Of a stretch of DNA of 64,000 bases, positions 1-10,330 are shown piece after piece (positions within the stretch are counted from its first letter, which is position 1; each line of letters begins with the position of its first letter). The DNA is from an uncultured Gemmatimonadales bacterium (lineage in GTDB: Bacteria; Gemmatimonadota; Gemmatimonadetes; Gemmatimonadales; Gemmatimonadaceae). The position numbers and the translations under genes were made by a program. Under the pieces are notes generated by a model. It ran no database searches. It saw only the letters and a list, made by a program, of their open reading frames with translations, and was not told where the DNA came from. The stretch spans positions 140,130 through 204,129 of the forward strand of contig CAWKNZ010000006.1 in assembly GCA_963851265.1 (NCBI GenBank), in the 5' to 3' direction.

Positions 1-1
1 G

Positions 2-247
2 CAGGTCGAGGCCGCCGACGCGGACCGGCCCGTCAACGTCTATACGCGCCGGCACGGCGGCACGGGGCTCGGGCTGACGATCGCGCGGCGCCTCACGCGG
101 CTCATGGGCGGCGACCTCACCCTCGAGAGCACGCCCGGGCGGGGCTCGCGGTTCAGTGTCTGGCTGCCGCTCGCGCCGGCGACGCGCTTCACGCCCGCGT
201 GGACGCCGGCGGTGCTGGACGCCCGGGCGTTAGGCGAACGCCCGTGA
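2..247 (+). CDS. Sensor histidine kinase, C-terminal HATPase_c fragment (5' end outside the window)
   Basis: Manual translation of frame +2 gives ...[43 protein letters not shown]..., i.e. the G2 box GGTGLGL and the typical GSxF tail. Stop TGA at 245-247. Confidence 0.85.
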   Translation, partial: QVEAADADRPVNVYTRRHGGTGLGLTIARRLTRLMGGDLTLESTPGRGSRFSVWLPLAPATRFTPAWTPAVLDARALGERP

Positions 248-248
248 T

Positions 249-1961
249 TCAGGCCACGACGGCGGCGTCGCGGAGCAGCGCCTCGACGAGCACCGCGCGC
301 GCCGCGTGGTCGCCGTCGCCGATCGCCGGCGGGTCGATCAGCTCGGCGTAGCAGCGCGCCGCCGCCGCGGGCGCGGGATCACCCGCCGCGGCACCGCGCG
401 CCGCATCCTCGGCGAGCAGCACGAGCGCGAGGCTCTGCGCCAGCCGGTGCAGCAGGCGGCGCGCGTACACCGGACCGGCGTCGGGCGACGCGGTGGTCGC
501 GGCGTAGGCGCGCCGGTCCCCGTCGAGGCGGCCCGCGAGCGCCGCGCGCAGCCCGCCGGGTTCGTCAGGCAGCACGGCGAGCGCCCCGCCCGCGCGGCGC
601 TCGTACGCGGCGAACCCGCCGTAGCGCGGGTGGAGCAGGCGCATGAGTTCGAGCGCCTGGATGTTGGCGGGCCCTTCCCACACGGTGAGCACCTGCGCGT
701 CGCGCAGGAGACGCTCGACCGGGTAATCGCGCGTGTAGCCGTTCCCGCCGAGCAGTTCGAGCGCGGCGCGGCTCGCGGCCACCGCGTCGTCGGCGGTCAG
801 GTACTTCGCGAGGGCGGTGGTCAGGCGCAGCCACGCCCGGCGCGCGGGGTCGCGAAGCGCGTCGTCGACCGCGCCCGCGGCCTCGAAGGCGAGGAGGGTG
901 CCCGCGCGCCACCGCACCGCCAGCTCGGCGAGCGTCTCCTGCACCATCGGGTAGTCGGCGATCGCGCGGCCGAACGCGCGCCGCCGCGTCGCCCACGCGA
1001 GCGCTTCCGCGAGCGCCCGGCGCTGCACGCCGGCCGCGCCGACGGCGTTGTGCACGCGGCTGTAAGTGAGCGCCTCGAGCATCAGGCGCAACCCGTCCGG
1101 CGGCGCCGCGACCTCCACGGCTTCGGCGCCTAACAGCTCGATCTCGCCGGTCGGCAGGCCGCGCGTGCCGAGCTTCTCCTTGAGGCGGCGGATGAGGTAG
1201 TGGTTGACGCGCCCGTCGTCGAGGTGGCTCGGGACCAGGTAGAGGCCGAGCCCGGCGGAGCCCGGCGGGGCGCCCGCCGGGCGGGCGGTGGCGAGCGCGA
1301 GGCCGCCGTTGGCGTTGCTGGCGAACCACTTGAGGCCGTGGAGCGCGTGCGTCGCGGTCCAGCGACCCGCGACATCCGGCTGAGCCGCGACCGGACGCGC
1401 CTCGGTGGTCGTCGCGCCCACGTCGCTGCCGCCGTGCATCTCGGTCGCCCAGGTGCCGCCGGTCTTGGCGCGCCCGTCCGTCCGGGTGAGGTCGGGCAGG
1501 AACCGTTCGCGCAGCGCGGGCGAGGCGAAGTGGCCGAGCACGTACGCGACCGCGCCGGTGAGGGTGACCGGGCAGTGCAGGCTGATGTCGGCCTGCGACA
1601 GCAGGTACCCCATCGTGAAGCTCAGCAGATGCGGCGCGCCGTCGTGGTACGGACGGCCGACGATGCCGCGCGCGTAGACCTCGTCGTGCTGGGCGGCGTA
1701 GGCGGCGTTGAGCACGATCCGGTTGACCACGCGCCCGTCGCGGTCGTACGTCTCGAGCCGCGGCGGCGCGTCGCGGTCCGTCGTTGCCGCCTGCGCGTCG
1801 ACCTCGGTCCGCACCCAGCGGTGGAAGTCGCCGAGCTCCGCGCGGTACCGGTCGAAGCCGGGCACGCGCGCTTCGAGTCGCGGGGCGAGGTACGCGTCGT
1901 ACGCGTCGTCGGCGTGACGCGCGGGCGCGGCACGCGGCGGGGCGTTGCGGTCGGTCGTCAC
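249..1961 (-). CDS. Acyl-CoA dehydrogenase family protein (AidB-like)
   Basis: Motifs CPVTLT, WATEMHGGSDVG, GLKWFASN, RLKEKLGTR, GGNGYTRDYP and VWEGPANIQ. Confidence 0.9.
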   Translation of the reverse strand: MTTDRNAPPRAAPARHADDAYDAYLAPRLEARVPGFDRYRAELGDFHRWVRTEVDAQAATTDRDAPPRLETYDRDGRVVNRIVLNAAYAAQHDEVYARGIVGRPYHDGAPHLLSFTMGYLLSQADISLHCPVTLTGAVAYVLGHFASPALRERFLPDLTRTDGRAKTGGTWATEMHGGSDVGATTTEARPVAAQPDVAGRWTATHALHGLKWFASNANGGLALATARPAGAPPGSAGLGLYLVPSHLDDGRVNHYLIRRLKEKLGTRGLPTGEIELLGAEAVEVAAPPDGLRLMLEALTYSRVHNAVGAAGVQRRALAEALAWATRRRAFGRAIADYPMVQETLAELAVRWRAGTLLAFEAAGAVDDALRDPARRAWLRLTTALAKYLTADDAVAASRAALELLGGNGYTRDYPVERLLRDAQVLTVWEGPANIQALELMRLLHPRYGGFAAYERRAGGALAVLPDEPGGLRAALAGRLDGDRRAYAATTASPDAGPVYARRLLHRLAQSLALVLLAEDAARGAAAGDPAPAAAARCYAELIDPPAIGDGDHAARAVLVEALLRDAAVVA

Positions 1962-2076
1962 GACGCGAATCCTACGGCGCGGTCCGCTGCGGCGTTATGG
2001 TTGCCGTGACGCGCGGCGTATGCCGCGCGGGGAAGCGCACCTGCGCGCGCGACCGAACGGTCAACGGAGGATGGGC

Positions 2077-4110
2077 ATGGCGGGCCTACGGGGTCGAACC
2101 ACGGCGGCAATCGGGCACGCGGCGCCCACGGCGCGGTTCGGCGGGCCCGCGGCGCTGGCCGCGCGGGTCGGCGCCGTACTCATGGCGGTCACGGCGCTCG
2201 CCCCGGCGCTCGCCCCGGCGCGCGCGCCGGCGCAGCCTGCGGCCGCGCGAGCCGCGGCCGCGCCGGGTGCCCCGACGGAGGGTCTCTACCTTCCGCGCGC
2301 GGTCAAGCGCGCATTCTCCCGGGGCACGCGCTCGCTCGACGGGCGACCTGGCCCGCGCTACTGGCAAAACCGCGCGCGCTACACGATCACGCTCACCACG
2401 CTGCCTCCCGACCGCGCGGTGCGCGGGACGGAGCAGATCGTCTACGCGAACAACAGCCCCGACACGCTGCGGACGCTCGTGTTCAAGCTGTTCGCCAACA
2501 TCCACAAGCCGGGTGCACCGCGCGAGGCGCCGGCGAGCCCCGATTATCTCACGTCGGGCGTGCAGGTCGACGCGTTCACGGTCGACGGCCGCGAGGCGCG
2601 CTGGGGCGACGACGCGCGCACCTTCACGGTGCACGAGGTGCCGCTCGCCACGCCGCTCCTGCCGCACGACTCGGTCCGCCTCGCGATCAGCTGGCACTAC
2701 GACCTGTCGCGCGAGGCCGGCCGCGAGGGGATGCTCGACTCGACGACGTCGTACCTCGCGTACTTCTACCCGCGCGTGGCCGTCTACGACGACTACAACG
2801 GGTGGGACCGGATGACGTTCACCGACGCGCAGGAGTTCTACAGCGACTTCAACGACTACGACGTCACGCTGCGCGTGCCGGCCAACGACGTCGTCTGGGG
2901 CACGGGCACGCTGACCAACGCCGCGGCCGTGTTGCGCCCCGAGCCGCTCCGGCGCTTTCGGGCGTCGCTGACGTCGGACACCACGATCCACGTCGCCACG
3001 CGCGCGGAGTTGGCCGCGCACAGCGTCACCGTCCCCGCGGCGGCCGCCGGCGCGCCGGTCGCGTGGCACTTCGCCGCGACCAACGTGCCCGACGTGACCT
3101 TCGCCGTGAGCGACCACTACGTGTGGGATGCCGCGAGCGTCGTGGTCGACACGGCAACGGGCCGGCGCGCGGGCGTGCAGGCCGCGTACAACGACACGGC
3201 CGTCGACTTCCGCTCCATGGTGCAGTTCGGCCGCCACTCGCTCGACTGGCTGTCGCGCCACTGGCCGGGCGTGCCCTACCCGTACGAGAAGACGACGGTG
3301 GTGCAGGGCAGCGCCGACATGGAGTACCCGATGATGGTCAACGACGGCAGCACGCGCGACACCACGTTCTCGCGCTTCGTCGTCGAGCACGAGATCGCGC
3401 ACACGTGGTTCCCGTTCTACATGGGGATCAACGAGACGCGCTACGGCTTCATGGACGAGGGCTGGGCGACGACGTTCGAGTACCTCATCGGGCTCGCCGA
3501 CCTCGGCGCCGCGCGCGAGACGGCCTTCTACCAGCAGTTCCGCGTCGCGCGCTGGATCCGCGATCCGTCGCCGGTCGAGGACCTCCCGATCGTCACCCCG
3601 GGCGACGTACTCTCCGGCGCGGGACTCGGCAACAACGAGTACGGCAAGGCGTCGCTCGGCTACCTGGCCGTGAAGGATCTGTTAGGCGACGCCGTGTTCC
3701 GCCGGTCGCTGCACGCGTTCATGGACCGGTGGCACGGGAGGCACCCGATCCCGTGGGACTTCTTCGACACCTTCGACGACGTGTCCGGGCAGAACCTCGA
3801 CTGGTTCTGGCGCGCCTGGTTCTTCTCCAACGCGTACATCGACCTCGCGGTCGACGGCGTGCGGGGGACGCCCGGCGGCTACGCCGTCTCGCTCCGCAAC
3901 GTCGGCGGCATGCCGGCGCCCGTGAACCTCGTGCTGACCTACGCCGACGGCAGCACCGAGACCGTGCACGAGACGCCGGCGATCTGGGCGTCCGACCAGC
4001 AGCGCGCGACGGTCACCCTCCGCACGGGCAAGGCGCTCCGCTCGCTCGCGCTGGAGGGCGGCATCTTCATGGACGCGGACCGCTCGAACGACCGCTGGCA
4101 GGCGCCGTAG
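2077..4110 (+). CDS. Secreted M1 family zinc metallopeptidase
   Basis: HEIAH zinc motif with downstream FMDEG, DMEYP (GAMEN-like), YWQNRA and a hydrophobic signal-like N-terminus. GGAGG at 2066-2070 precedes ATG 2077. Start uncertain. Confidence 0.85.
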   Translation: MAGLRGRTTAAIGHAAPTARFGGPAALAARVGAVLMAVTALAPALAPARAPAQPAAARAAAAPGAPTEGLYLPRAVKRAFSRGTRSLDGRPGPRYWQNRARYTITLTTLPPDRAVRGTEQIVYANNSPDTLRTLVFKLFANIHKPGAPREAPASPDYLTSGVQVDAFTVDGREARWGDDARTFTVHEVPLATPLLPHDSVRLAISWHYDLSREAGREGMLDSTTSYLAYFYPRVAVYDDYNGWDRMTFTDAQEFYSDFNDYDVTLRVPANDVVWGTGTLTNAAAVLRPEPLRRFRASLTSDTTIHVATRAELAAHSVTVPAAAAGAPVAWHFAATNVPDVTFAVSDHYVWDAASVVVDTATGRRAGVQAAYNDTAVDFRSMVQFGRHSLDWLSRHWPGVPYPYEKTTVVQGSADMEYPMMVNDGSTRDTTFSRFVVEHEIAHTWFPFYMGINETRYGFMDEGWATTFEYLIGLADLGAARETAFYQQFRVARWIRDPSPVEDLPIVTPGDVLSGAGLGNNEYGKASLGYLAVKDLLGDAVFRRSLHAFMDRWHGRHPIPWDFFDTFDDVSGQNLDWFWRAWFFSNAYIDLAVDGVRGTPGGYAVSLRNVGGMPAPVNLVLTYADGSTETVHETPAIWASDQQRATVTLRTGKALRSLALEGGIFMDADRSNDRWQAP

Positions 4111-5908
4111 CGACGCCGCCCGCCTTCACCCGCGTGGTCCACTCGCGCACGCGCTGCTCGAGCACGTCCATGGGCAGCGCGCCGGCGCCGAGCACCTCGT
4201 CGTGGAAGGCGCGCACGTCGAAGCGTGGGCCTAACGTCTGGCGGGCCTCGTCGCGGAGGCGCAGGATCGTCAGCTGCCCGACCTTGTACGCGAGCGCCTG
4301 ACCCGGCCACGCGATGTAGCGGTCGGTCTCCGATTGCACCTCCGCGTCGGCCGCGCTCGAGTGCGCCCGAAAGAACGCCACGGCCTGCTCGCGCGTCCAC
4401 CGCCGGTCGTGGATGCCGGTGTCGAGCACGAGGCGGATCGCGCGGAGCATCTCGTCGTCCAGGCGCCCGTAGTCGCTGTACGGGTTCTGGTAAAACCCGA
4501 CCTCCTTGCCGAGCCGCTCGGCGTACAGCGCCCACCCCTCGACGTACGCGGTGTAGCCCGCCTGCTGGCGGAACGGCGGGAGCGACGGCAGCTCCTGCGC
4601 GATCGAGACCTGCATGTGGTGCCCCGGCACCCCCTCGTGGTACGCCGTCGACTCGTTGTTGATGGTGAGCTGGTGCGCGAAGTCGTAGGTGTTGACGAAC
4701 ACGTGCCCGGGGCGCGACCCGTCGGGCGTGCCCTGGTTGTACGCGGTCGACGCCTCCTTCTCGCGGAACGGCTCGACCGGCAGGATCTCCAGCTTCGCCT
4801 TCGGCAGCCGGCCGAAGAGCGTGGGGAGCTTCGCCCACATCTGCGCCGTGTAGCGGCGGTACTCGTCGAGGATCTGCTCGCGCGAGGTCGGGTGCAGGGC
4901 CGGGATCTTCACGATCGAGTCGCGGAACGTGCGGACGTCGGCGAAGCCGAGCCGGCGCGCGATGGCGAGCTGCTCGCCCTCGATGCGCGCGACCTCCCGC
5001 AGCCCGAGCGCGTGGATCTCGTCGGGCGTCATGCGCGTGGTCGTCGTGCGGCGCACGGCGAGCGCGTACCGCGCCGCGCCGTTAGGCAACGCCCGCGTGC
5101 CGATGTCGGCGCGCCCGCGCGGCGCGTACTCGTCGCGGACGAAGGCGGTGAAGCGCAGGTACGCGGGCAGCACGCTGTCGCGCACGGCGGCGAGCACGGC
5201 GGCGCGCAGCCGCGCCCGGTCGGCGTCGGAGAACTCCTTCGGCATCTGCGCGAGCGGCACCGCGAACGGCGTCGAGTCGGGCGCCTGGCCCGCGATGCCG
5301 CCCGCCTGCGTCGCCACCTGGGTGAGCAGGATCTTCGGCGGCATGAGCCCCTCCGCCATCCCCTCCCGCATCACGGCGGTCACCTGCGCGAAGGCCCGCG
5401 GCACCGCGCGGAGTCGTGCGACGTAGTCGTCGTAGTCCTTGACGGTCGCGAACGAGAGCGAGGTGACGAGCTGTGGCAGGTCGATGTGCAGCCCCGACAT
5501 CTGCGTGACCGGCATCTCCCACTCGCGGAAGGGCGCGGCCTCCAGCGCGGTGCGCAGGTTGAGCAGCATCAGGTCGCGGTTGAGCCGCTCCTGCTCGGGG
5601 AAGCCCGCCGTGTCGATAGCCGCGAAGCGCGCTTCGAACCGCCGTGCCGCGGCGACGTCGCGCTCGGCGGCGGCCGCCGACATGTCGCTGAGCTGGTCGT
5701 TGTAGCGCTTGTCGCCGAGCACCGACGCGAATTCGGGCGTCGTCCGCAGCGTGTACTCCCACTGCTCGTCGAGCAGGGCGTGGAGCGCGCGGACGCGGTC
5801 CTGAACGGCGGGGGAGAGCGTCACGGGCGGCGGAGCCACCTGTGCGCCCGCGCGGGCGCTGGCACAGGCGAGAACGAGCGCGGCGAGCAGCCGGGGAGTG
5901 CGCGGCAT
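4067..5908 (-). CDS. DUF885 family secreted protein
   Basis: C-terminal part of ORF 4067..7057. Signal peptide MPRTPRLLAALVLACASARAGAQ and motifs HEGVPGHHMQ, EGWALYAE, RLVLDTGIH, PGQALAYKVG. Overlaps the convergent M1 peptidase by 44 bp. Confidence 0.9.
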   Translation of the reverse strand: MPRTPRLLAALVLACASARAGAQVAPPPVTLSPAVQDRVRALHALLDEQWEYTLRTTPEFASVLGDKRYNDQLSDMSAAAAERDVAAARRFEARFAAIDTAGFPEQERLNRDLMLLNLRTALEAAPFREWEMPVTQMSGLHIDLPQLVTSLSFATVKDYDDYVARLRAVPRAFAQVTAVMREGMAEGLMPPKILLTQVATQAGGIAGQAPDSTPFAVPLAQMPKEFSDADRARLRAAVLAAVRDSVLPAYLRFTAFVRDEYAPRGRADIGTRALPNGAARYALAVRRTTTTRMTPDEIHALGLREVARIEGEQLAIARRLGFADVRTFRDSIVKIPALHPTSREQILDEYRRYTAQMWAKLPTLFGRLPKAKLEILPVEPFREKEASTAYNQGTPDGSRPGHVFVNTYDFAHQLTINNESTAYHEGVPGHHMQVSIAQELPSLPPFRQQAGYTAYVEGWALYAERLGKEVGFYQNPYSDYGRLDDEMLRAIRLVLDTGIHDRRWTREQAVAFFRAHSSAADAEVQSETDRYIAWPGQALAYKVGQLTILRLRDEARQTLGPRFDVRAFHDEVLGAGALPMDVLEQRVREWTTRVKAGGVATAPASGRSSGPRP

Positions 5909-6067
5909 GACGGGAACGCAAGAGTGGGGCGTGAGGCGGCTCGCCGGGGCGGCCCGCCGTGCGGCGGAGGTGCGAAGGACGTGCTGAGCGGAATATGCGT
6001 CACGTCGCCAGCTTTCCACCGCGCCGCGCGTGTTCGACGTGCGGCACGCCTCCCCGCACGGCTTCTC

Positions 6068-7411
6068 GTGACCACGCTCAACGCGCTCCGCGTCCTCGCC
6101 CGCGGCGCCTGTCTGGCCGCCCTCTGCGCGACGCACCTCGCCGCGCAGGCGCCGGTGGATTCCGCGCTCGCGGCGTACATCGCCGGCGTGCGCGCGATCG
6201 ACGCGCACGCCCATCCCATGCGCCCCGTCGCGCCGGGCGCGCCCGCGGACTCGGAGTACGACGCGCTGCCGCTCGACGGCATCCCGCCCGCCCCCCTGCC
6301 CGCGCGCTTCCGGCCCGGGCACCCGTCGTGGCGCGCGGCGCAGCGCGCGCTCTACGGCGTCACGCCGGCCGACACGACGGCCGCCGCCGCCGCGCCGCTC
6401 GCGGCCGCCGTCGCGCGCGTGCAGGCGGCACGCGGCGCGGCGTTCCCGGCCTGGGCGCTGGACCAGGCGGGCGTGGAGGTGATGCTCGCCAACCGCGTGG
6501 CGATGGGCCCGGGACTCGACGCGCCCCGCTTTCGTTGGATCTCGTTCGTCGACGCGCTGATGCTGCCGTTGGACGTCCGCGGCGAGGCGGCGCGCACGCC
6601 AGACGTGCGGTCGCTCTATCCGCGGGAGGCGACGCTCCTGCAGCGCTACCTCCGCGACCTGGGGCTGCGGGCGGTCCCGCCGACCCTCGACGCCTACGTG
6701 CGCCAGGTGGTCGCGCCGACGCTCGACCGGCAGCAACGCGCCGGCGCGGTCGGCGTGAAGTTCGAGGCGGCGTACCTGCGCCCGCTCGACTTCGACGACC
6801 CGGATCCGGCGCTCGCGCGCCGAGTCTACGCGCGGTACGTGGCGGGCGGCACGCCGACGCACGCCGAGTACAAGGCCCTGCAGGACTACCTGTTTCGCGA
6901 GATCGCGCGGGCGGCGGGGCGGCGCGGGCTCGCCGTGCAGATCCACGTGCTCGAGCAGTTCGGCGGCTTCTACTCCGCGCGCGGCAGCGCGCCGCACCTG
7001 CTCGAGCCGGCGTTCAACGATTCGACGCTTCGGGGCACGAACTTCGTCCTCGTGCACGGCGGCTGGCCGCTCGTCGGCGAGACGCAGGCGCTGCTCGCGA
7101 AGCCGAACGTCTACGCCGACGTCTCGATGATGGACCTGCTCGTGGAGCCGCCCGTCCTCGCAGGCGTGCTGCGGCCGTGGCTCGACGAGTGGCCGGAGAA
7201 GGTGCTCTACGGCAGCGACGCGTTCGACAACGGGCCCGCGCAGGGGTGGGAGCAGGCCGCCTGGGTCGCGTCCGCCAACGCGCGGCGTGCGTTAGGCATC
7301 ACGCTCTCCGCGATGCTCGGCGACGGCGAGGTCGACCGGGCGGGCGCCGAGCGGCTCGCGCGGATGGTGTTGCGCGAGAACGCGCGCGCGGCCTACCCGC
7401 GGCTGCGCTGA
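6068..7411 (+). CDS. Amidohydrolase superfamily protein, probably secreted
   Basis: IDAHAHP metal-binding HxH, VKFEAAY, QIH, LVHGGWP and LYGSD. GTG start followed by a signal-like segment. Confidence 0.8.
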   Translation: MTTLNALRVLARGACLAALCATHLAAQAPVDSALAAYIAGVRAIDAHAHPMRPVAPGAPADSEYDALPLDGIPPAPLPARFRPGHPSWRAAQRALYGVTPADTTAAAAAPLAAAVARVQAARGAAFPAWALDQAGVEVMLANRVAMGPGLDAPRFRWISFVDALMLPLDVRGEAARTPDVRSLYPREATLLQRYLRDLGLRAVPPTLDAYVRQVVAPTLDRQQRAGAVGVKFEAAYLRPLDFDDPDPALARRVYARYVAGGTPTHAEYKALQDYLFREIARAAGRRGLAVQIHVLEQFGGFYSARGSAPHLLEPAFNDSTLRGTNFVLVHGGWPLVGETQALLAKPNVYADVSMMDLLVEPPVLAGVLRPWLDEWPEKVLYGSDAFDNGPAQGWEQAAWVASANARRALGITLSAMLGDGEVDRAGAERLARMVLRENARAAYPRLR

Positions 7412-7415
7412 GCGC

Positions 7416-7440
7416 GTCGCCCGCGACGGCGGGGTCCACC
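7416..7440 (+). repeat. Degenerate REP-like palindrome (GTC...TCCA family)
   Basis: GTCGCCCGCGACGGCGGGGTCCACC lies between convergent genes and matches the copies at 18611-18675. Confidence 0.55.
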
Positions 7441-7457
7441 CGGCGGCGGCGCGTCAC

Positions 7458-9071
7458 TCAGCGGAGCGGCGGCGTGCTCGCCGGCGGCCGGCGGTGCCCG
7501 GTGGCCTGCTCGTACGCGTACGCGAGGCGGAAGAGGGTCGCCTCGCTCCACGCGCGTCCGAAGAGGGTGAGCCCCGCCGGCAGATTGCCCCGCGTGTAGC
7601 CCATCGGCACCTGCACGGCGGGCCAGCCGGTGGTCGGCGAGAAGATCTGGCTGTTGTCGCCCGCCGGCGTGTTCAGGTCGCCGATCAGCCGCGGCGGGTT
7701 GCTCCACGTCGGGTACACGAGCGCGTCGACCTTGAGTCGGTCCATCGCGGCGAGCACGGCCGCGCGCACGCCCGTGCGGAGCCGCTCCGTGGCGGCGCAG
7801 CCGGGGCTCGCCTCGGGCGCGACCGTCGCGCGCTGGGCGTACGTGAGGCGCGGCTCGATGGACGGGTGAAACCGCCGCGAGCGGACGATCTCGTCGAGGG
7901 TGTGCACCGGCGTCCGCCCGCCCGTGCTCGCGAGCCACCGCTCGAGGTCGTACTTGAAGCGGTTACACTCGCCGGTCTCCGTGCGGAGCAGGGAATCGAG
8001 CCCCGCGATCGGCACGCTGTCGAGCACCGTCGCGCCGGCGCGCCGCAGGTCGGCCACCGCGCGGTCGAACACGGCGAGCACCTCCGGGTCGGCCGACGGC
8101 CGCACGTACGCCTGGCGGAGAATCGCGAGCCGCGCCCCGTGGAGCCCGTCCCGCACGAGCGCGTCGGCGTAGTGCGGCATCGGGTGGGCGCGCGCTGCGT
8201 TCGTCGTCGAGTCGGCCGGGTCGTAGCCCGCGACGACCTGGAACACCGCGACCGCGTCGGCCACGGTGCGCGCCATCGGGCCGGCGATGTCGTAGCCGAG
8301 GTTGAGGGGGACGACGCCGGCGCGACTCGTGAGGCCCATCGTCGAGCGGATGCCCACGAGGGCGAGGTGCGACGACGGGCCGCGGATCGAGTTCCCCGTG
8401 TCGGTGCCGAGTCCCACCTCGCCGAGGTTGGCGGCCACCGCGGCGGCCGTGCCCCCACTCGAGCCCGCGGTCACGCGGTCGAGGGCGTAGGGGTTCTTCG
8501 TGTAGCCGGGCAGAATGGAGCTGACGGTCTCGTACGGCGTGAACGCGAACTCCGCCATGTTCGACTTGGCGAGGACGATCGCGCCCGCGGCGCGCACGCG
8601 TTCCACCATCGTCGCGTCGCGCACGGGCACGTAGCCCGCAAGCGAGAGCGAGCCCGCCGTGGTGGCGAGGCCGGCCGTCTCGAAATTGTCCTTCACGATC
8701 ACCGGTACGCAGTGGAGCGGCCCCACCGGCCCGGCCGCGCGGAAGCGCGCGTCGAGCGAGTCGGCCGTGCGCAGCGCGTCGGGATTCTGCACGATAAGCG
8801 CATTGACGGCCGGCCCGTTCTTGTCGTACGCGGCGGTCCGCTGCAGGTAGCGCGCGACGAGGTCGTGGCAGGTGAGCGTGCCCGCGCGCATCGCGGCGTG
8901 CACGTCGGCAATCGTCGTCTCCTCGAGGCGAAAGGGCGACGGGGCGACGGCCTGCGGCGCCTGCGCGGTCGCGACGCGCGCGCTCACGAGGGCGGGTCCA
9001 CTCGCGAGCGCGGCGTGGAGGAGGGCGCGCCCCGATCGGGCACGTCGCACGGCAACACGGGATGTCGACAT
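7458..9071 (-). CDS. Amidase signature family protein, secreted
   Basis: VKDN, GSSGGTAAAVAA and GTDTGNSIRGPS (Ser-cisSer-Lys triad). Signal-like N-terminus. Start estimated at ATG 9071. Confidence 0.9.
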   Translation of the reverse strand: MSTSRVAVRRARSGRALLHAALASGPALVSARVATAQAPQAVAPSPFRLEETTIADVHAAMRAGTLTCHDLVARYLQRTAAYDKNGPAVNALIVQNPDALRTADSLDARFRAAGPVGPLHCVPVIVKDNFETAGLATTAGSLSLAGYVPVRDATMVERVRAAGAIVLAKSNMAEFAFTPYETVSSILPGYTKNPYALDRVTAGSSGGTAAAVAANLGEVGLGTDTGNSIRGPSSHLALVGIRSTMGLTSRAGVVPLNLGYDIAGPMARTVADAVAVFQVVAGYDPADSTTNAARAHPMPHYADALVRDGLHGARLAILRQAYVRPSADPEVLAVFDRAVADLRRAGATVLDSVPIAGLDSLLRTETGECNRFKYDLERWLASTGGRTPVHTLDEIVRSRRFHPSIEPRLTYAQRATVAPEASPGCAATERLRTGVRAAVLAAMDRLKVDALVYPTWSNPPRLIGDLNTPAGDNSQIFSPTTGWPAVQVPMGYTRGNLPAGLTLFGRAWSEATLFRLAYAYEQATGHRRPPASTPPLR

Positions 9072-9173
9072 TCGGGCGAGCGTACGCAGTCGGCCCCGCT
9101 CGCGCAACGGAGGCGCGGGCGGGGCCGAAGCGAACACGTGAGTGGAACCGCGGCGGGAACCCCGCCCGCGCGA

Positions 9174-9956
9174 TTACGCCGCGCGCGACCCGCGACGGCG
9201 TGCCACGAGGGCGATCCCCGCGAGGCTCGCGCCGAGCATCACGACCGCGGTCGGCTCGGGGGTCGCGGTCACCGGGGTCTCGGTGATCAGCTCCTGGTAC
9301 CCGTGGTAGTCGTCGAGTCCGAGGCCGACGCTATTCACGTCGGTGAGCACCGTGAACCGGCTCCAGTCATAGGCGGCGAACGCCGCCGTCCCGGCGAACG
9401 CGTCGGCCGCGGCCTCCCACGACGCGACCGCCCTGGCCTCGCTCGGCATCGCGTAATCGTATGGCGCGAGTGTCGGCGCGAACTGTAGCCACATCGCGCC
9501 CTGAATCCCGGCGGTGTCGGTGAGCGTGTTGACCGTCGAATACTGGTCGACCAGCCACGCCGCCTTGCGGTAGCGCGTGAGCGCGTCCGAGACCACGCCG
9601 CCCTCGCGGGTGTGCGCGACCGACGTGTCGGCGAGATTGTTCAGGTAGACGTTCCAGCCCGACGGGTTGAAGGTGACGTCGTGAAGCAGGTCGACGCAGA
9701 ACGCGTCGATGGCTTGGTTGGTCGAGGGGGCGCCGGGTAGCGAGAGGAAGGTCGCCTTGAGGCGGCCGACGTCGGGCGGCCCGTACTGCGACGTGAAGGC
9801 GAGCATGCCCGCCTCGTCGAACCGGATCGTCGCCGTGCCGGGCGCCGTCTGGGCGTGAGCCGACGGTGCGGCGGTGAGAACGGCCACGCAGGCGGTCGCG
9901 GCGATCGTGGCGAAGCGGCGGACGCGGGAGGCGATGGGGAGAGAGAGCAGGCGCAT
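9174..9956 (-). CDS. PEP-CTERM sorting domain-containing surface protein
   Basis: Signal peptide ending AHA-Q, a FCVDLLH motif, and C-terminal TPEPTAVVMLGASLAGIALVARRR. Confidence 0.85.
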   Translation of the reverse strand: MRLLSLPIASRVRRFATIAATACVAVLTAAPSAHAQTAPGTATIRFDEAGMLAFTSQYGPPDVGRLKATFLSLPGAPSTNQAIDAFCVDLLHDVTFNPSGWNVYLNNLADTSVAHTREGGVVSDALTRYRKAAWLVDQYSTVNTLTDTAGIQGAMWLQFAPTLAPYDYAMPSEARAVASWEAAADAFAGTAAFAAYDWSRFTVLTDVNSVGLGLDDYHGYQELITETPVTATPEPTAVVMLGASLAGIALVARRRGSRAA

Positions 9957-10330
9957 GACGAGTGGTTGGGCGGCGCGGACGTGGGAAACGTGTTTCGCCG
10001 ACGACGTCGGCTCCGCGTCCTTTCCGAGGCAGACCGCATTCCGGCCACGTGCATCGGTCGCCCTCGAGTATCGGCCTCCAGGCGCTGGCGCGTCCCGGCG
10101 TTGTAGCACGTTGCTGGACAACGCGTTACGTCAACGACGTCCAACCGGCGCCGCCGCGCGTGCCCCGCGGCGTGCGGCATCCGCGCCCGCGGCGCTGTGG
10201 CGGGACTGCTACGACTGCGTGGCGGCGCGGCCTCACTCGAGCGCGGCACGCCGCGGGGCGACGCGCCGCGGCGGGTCGTGCGGACCCGATGCGGCGGGTC
10301 CGCGCGGGGCGGCCGAGTGCCGGCGCCGCC

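Noticed and set aside
4067..7411. Apparent giant overlapping ORFs 4067..7057 (-) and 4334..7411 (+), and similar long N-terminal extensions (28148..31480, 31667..34645, 54189..58034)
   Set aside because: Only the C-terminal parts carry family motifs, and most begin at an internal start followed by a signal peptide. The extensions are open-frame artefacts.
10095..10145. Cluster of CGTTG/CAACG words upstream of the PEP-CTERM gene
   Set aside because: No consistent spacing or convincing promoter geometry, so no call can be supported.
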